Shown here in pieces: positions 63,612-64,000 of a stretch of 64,000 bases of DNA. Made by a program: the position numbers and the translations under genes. The notes under the pieces were generated by a model. That model was not told the DNA's origin, did no database searches, and saw only the letters and a list, made by a program, of their open reading frames with translations. The first letter of the stretch is position 1, and each line of letters starts with the position of its first letter. Source of the stretch: a virus (Duplodnaviria > Caudoviricetes); IMG/VR virus record IMGVR_UViG_3300033475_000014, positions 1-64,000 of that record, one strand, 5' to 3'.

Positions 63612-63988
63612 TATGATTCAATCCTGTTAAAGTCAGCATCTACTCCGAAGGTCCCTCTTACGGGAGTCATAACGCGTTTTAAAGTACCCGATTGGTTGTT
63701 GAATATCTGTACGTCGAAGTAGTAAGTAGTTCCGGGTACTAAGTCTTTAGTCGAGTTGCTTGCCTGGTCATTTAATAACTGGAAGTTAACTACTCCCGTT
63801 GTGTCACCGCTAGTCGAGATACGGATAATAGGGACATCCGAGTTATCAGGATTAGAGTTAGAGGTAGCTGTGAACGTAATGACGTAGCCTGTTAAATCAA
63901 CCAATGTTGTACCGACGCTAAAGGTAAACGTCAACAGGGGTGTATCACCGCGTATCAAGTTGTCCAATTTAGTTAATTTATTAGCCAT
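63611..63988 (-). CDS. BppU-like baseplate upper / tail-fibre-associated protein
   Basis: RGDT..L.F...DLTGY...YYFDVQ...G.F.V motif. Confidence 0.7.
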   Translation of the reverse strand: MANKLTKLDNLIRGDTPLLTFTFSVGTTLVDLTGYVITFTATSNSNPDNSDVPIIRISTSGDTTGVVNFQLLNDQASNSTKDLVPGTTYYFDVQIFNNQSGTLKRVMTPVRGTFGVDADFNRIES

Positions 63989-64000
63989 ATCGTCCTTTGT

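Larger units (their letters stand above)
35701..64000 (-). mobile_element. Phage genome B (podovirus-like, probably temperate, partial; continues off the right edge)
   Basis: Second set of early, lysis, nozzle, adaptor, ejection and tail genes plus integrase and half-tRNA site. Left boundary is inferred. Confidence 0.75.

Overview
Phage DNA throughout. The window holds large parts of two different but co-linear podovirus-like genomes lying head-to-tail, with nearly all genes on the minus strand. Phage A (approx. 1-35.7 kb) has an early region with a Rad52/Sak recombinase, a divergent switch region, a lysis cassette, a plus-strand GroES/GroEL pair, ejection proteins, nozzle/adaptor, tail proteins, capsid, portal and terminase. 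Phage B (approx. 35.7-64 kb) has an early region with ERF, NinB/NinG-like and YopX genes, a half-tRNA att-like site, a Xer-like integrase, a lysis cassette, nozzle/adaptor, ejection proteins, a moron cassette and tail proteins. Genetic code 11 fits. A CPR/Saccharibacteria host is my inference, not shown. The most striking signal is non-coding. Both early regions carry a shuffled cassette of structured RNAs: a tRNA-like RNA with large insertions in the anticodon region and T-loop, a three-copy long-stem family, a conserved 16-bp stem enclosing different cargo RNAs, and boxA-like sites. Neither switch region shows a repressor ORF; both have promoter/terminator-bounded small RNAs complementary to M-[TS]-K mini-ORF start regions of early leaders. 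Phage A also has seven TAYAAT-N5/6-YATAA(A)GG-terminator modules before late genes and apparent AUA/AUU starts. Phage B has a candidate -1 frameshift fusing a membrane anchor to a muralytic domain. All structures and family assignments were made by eye; no searches or folding were run.
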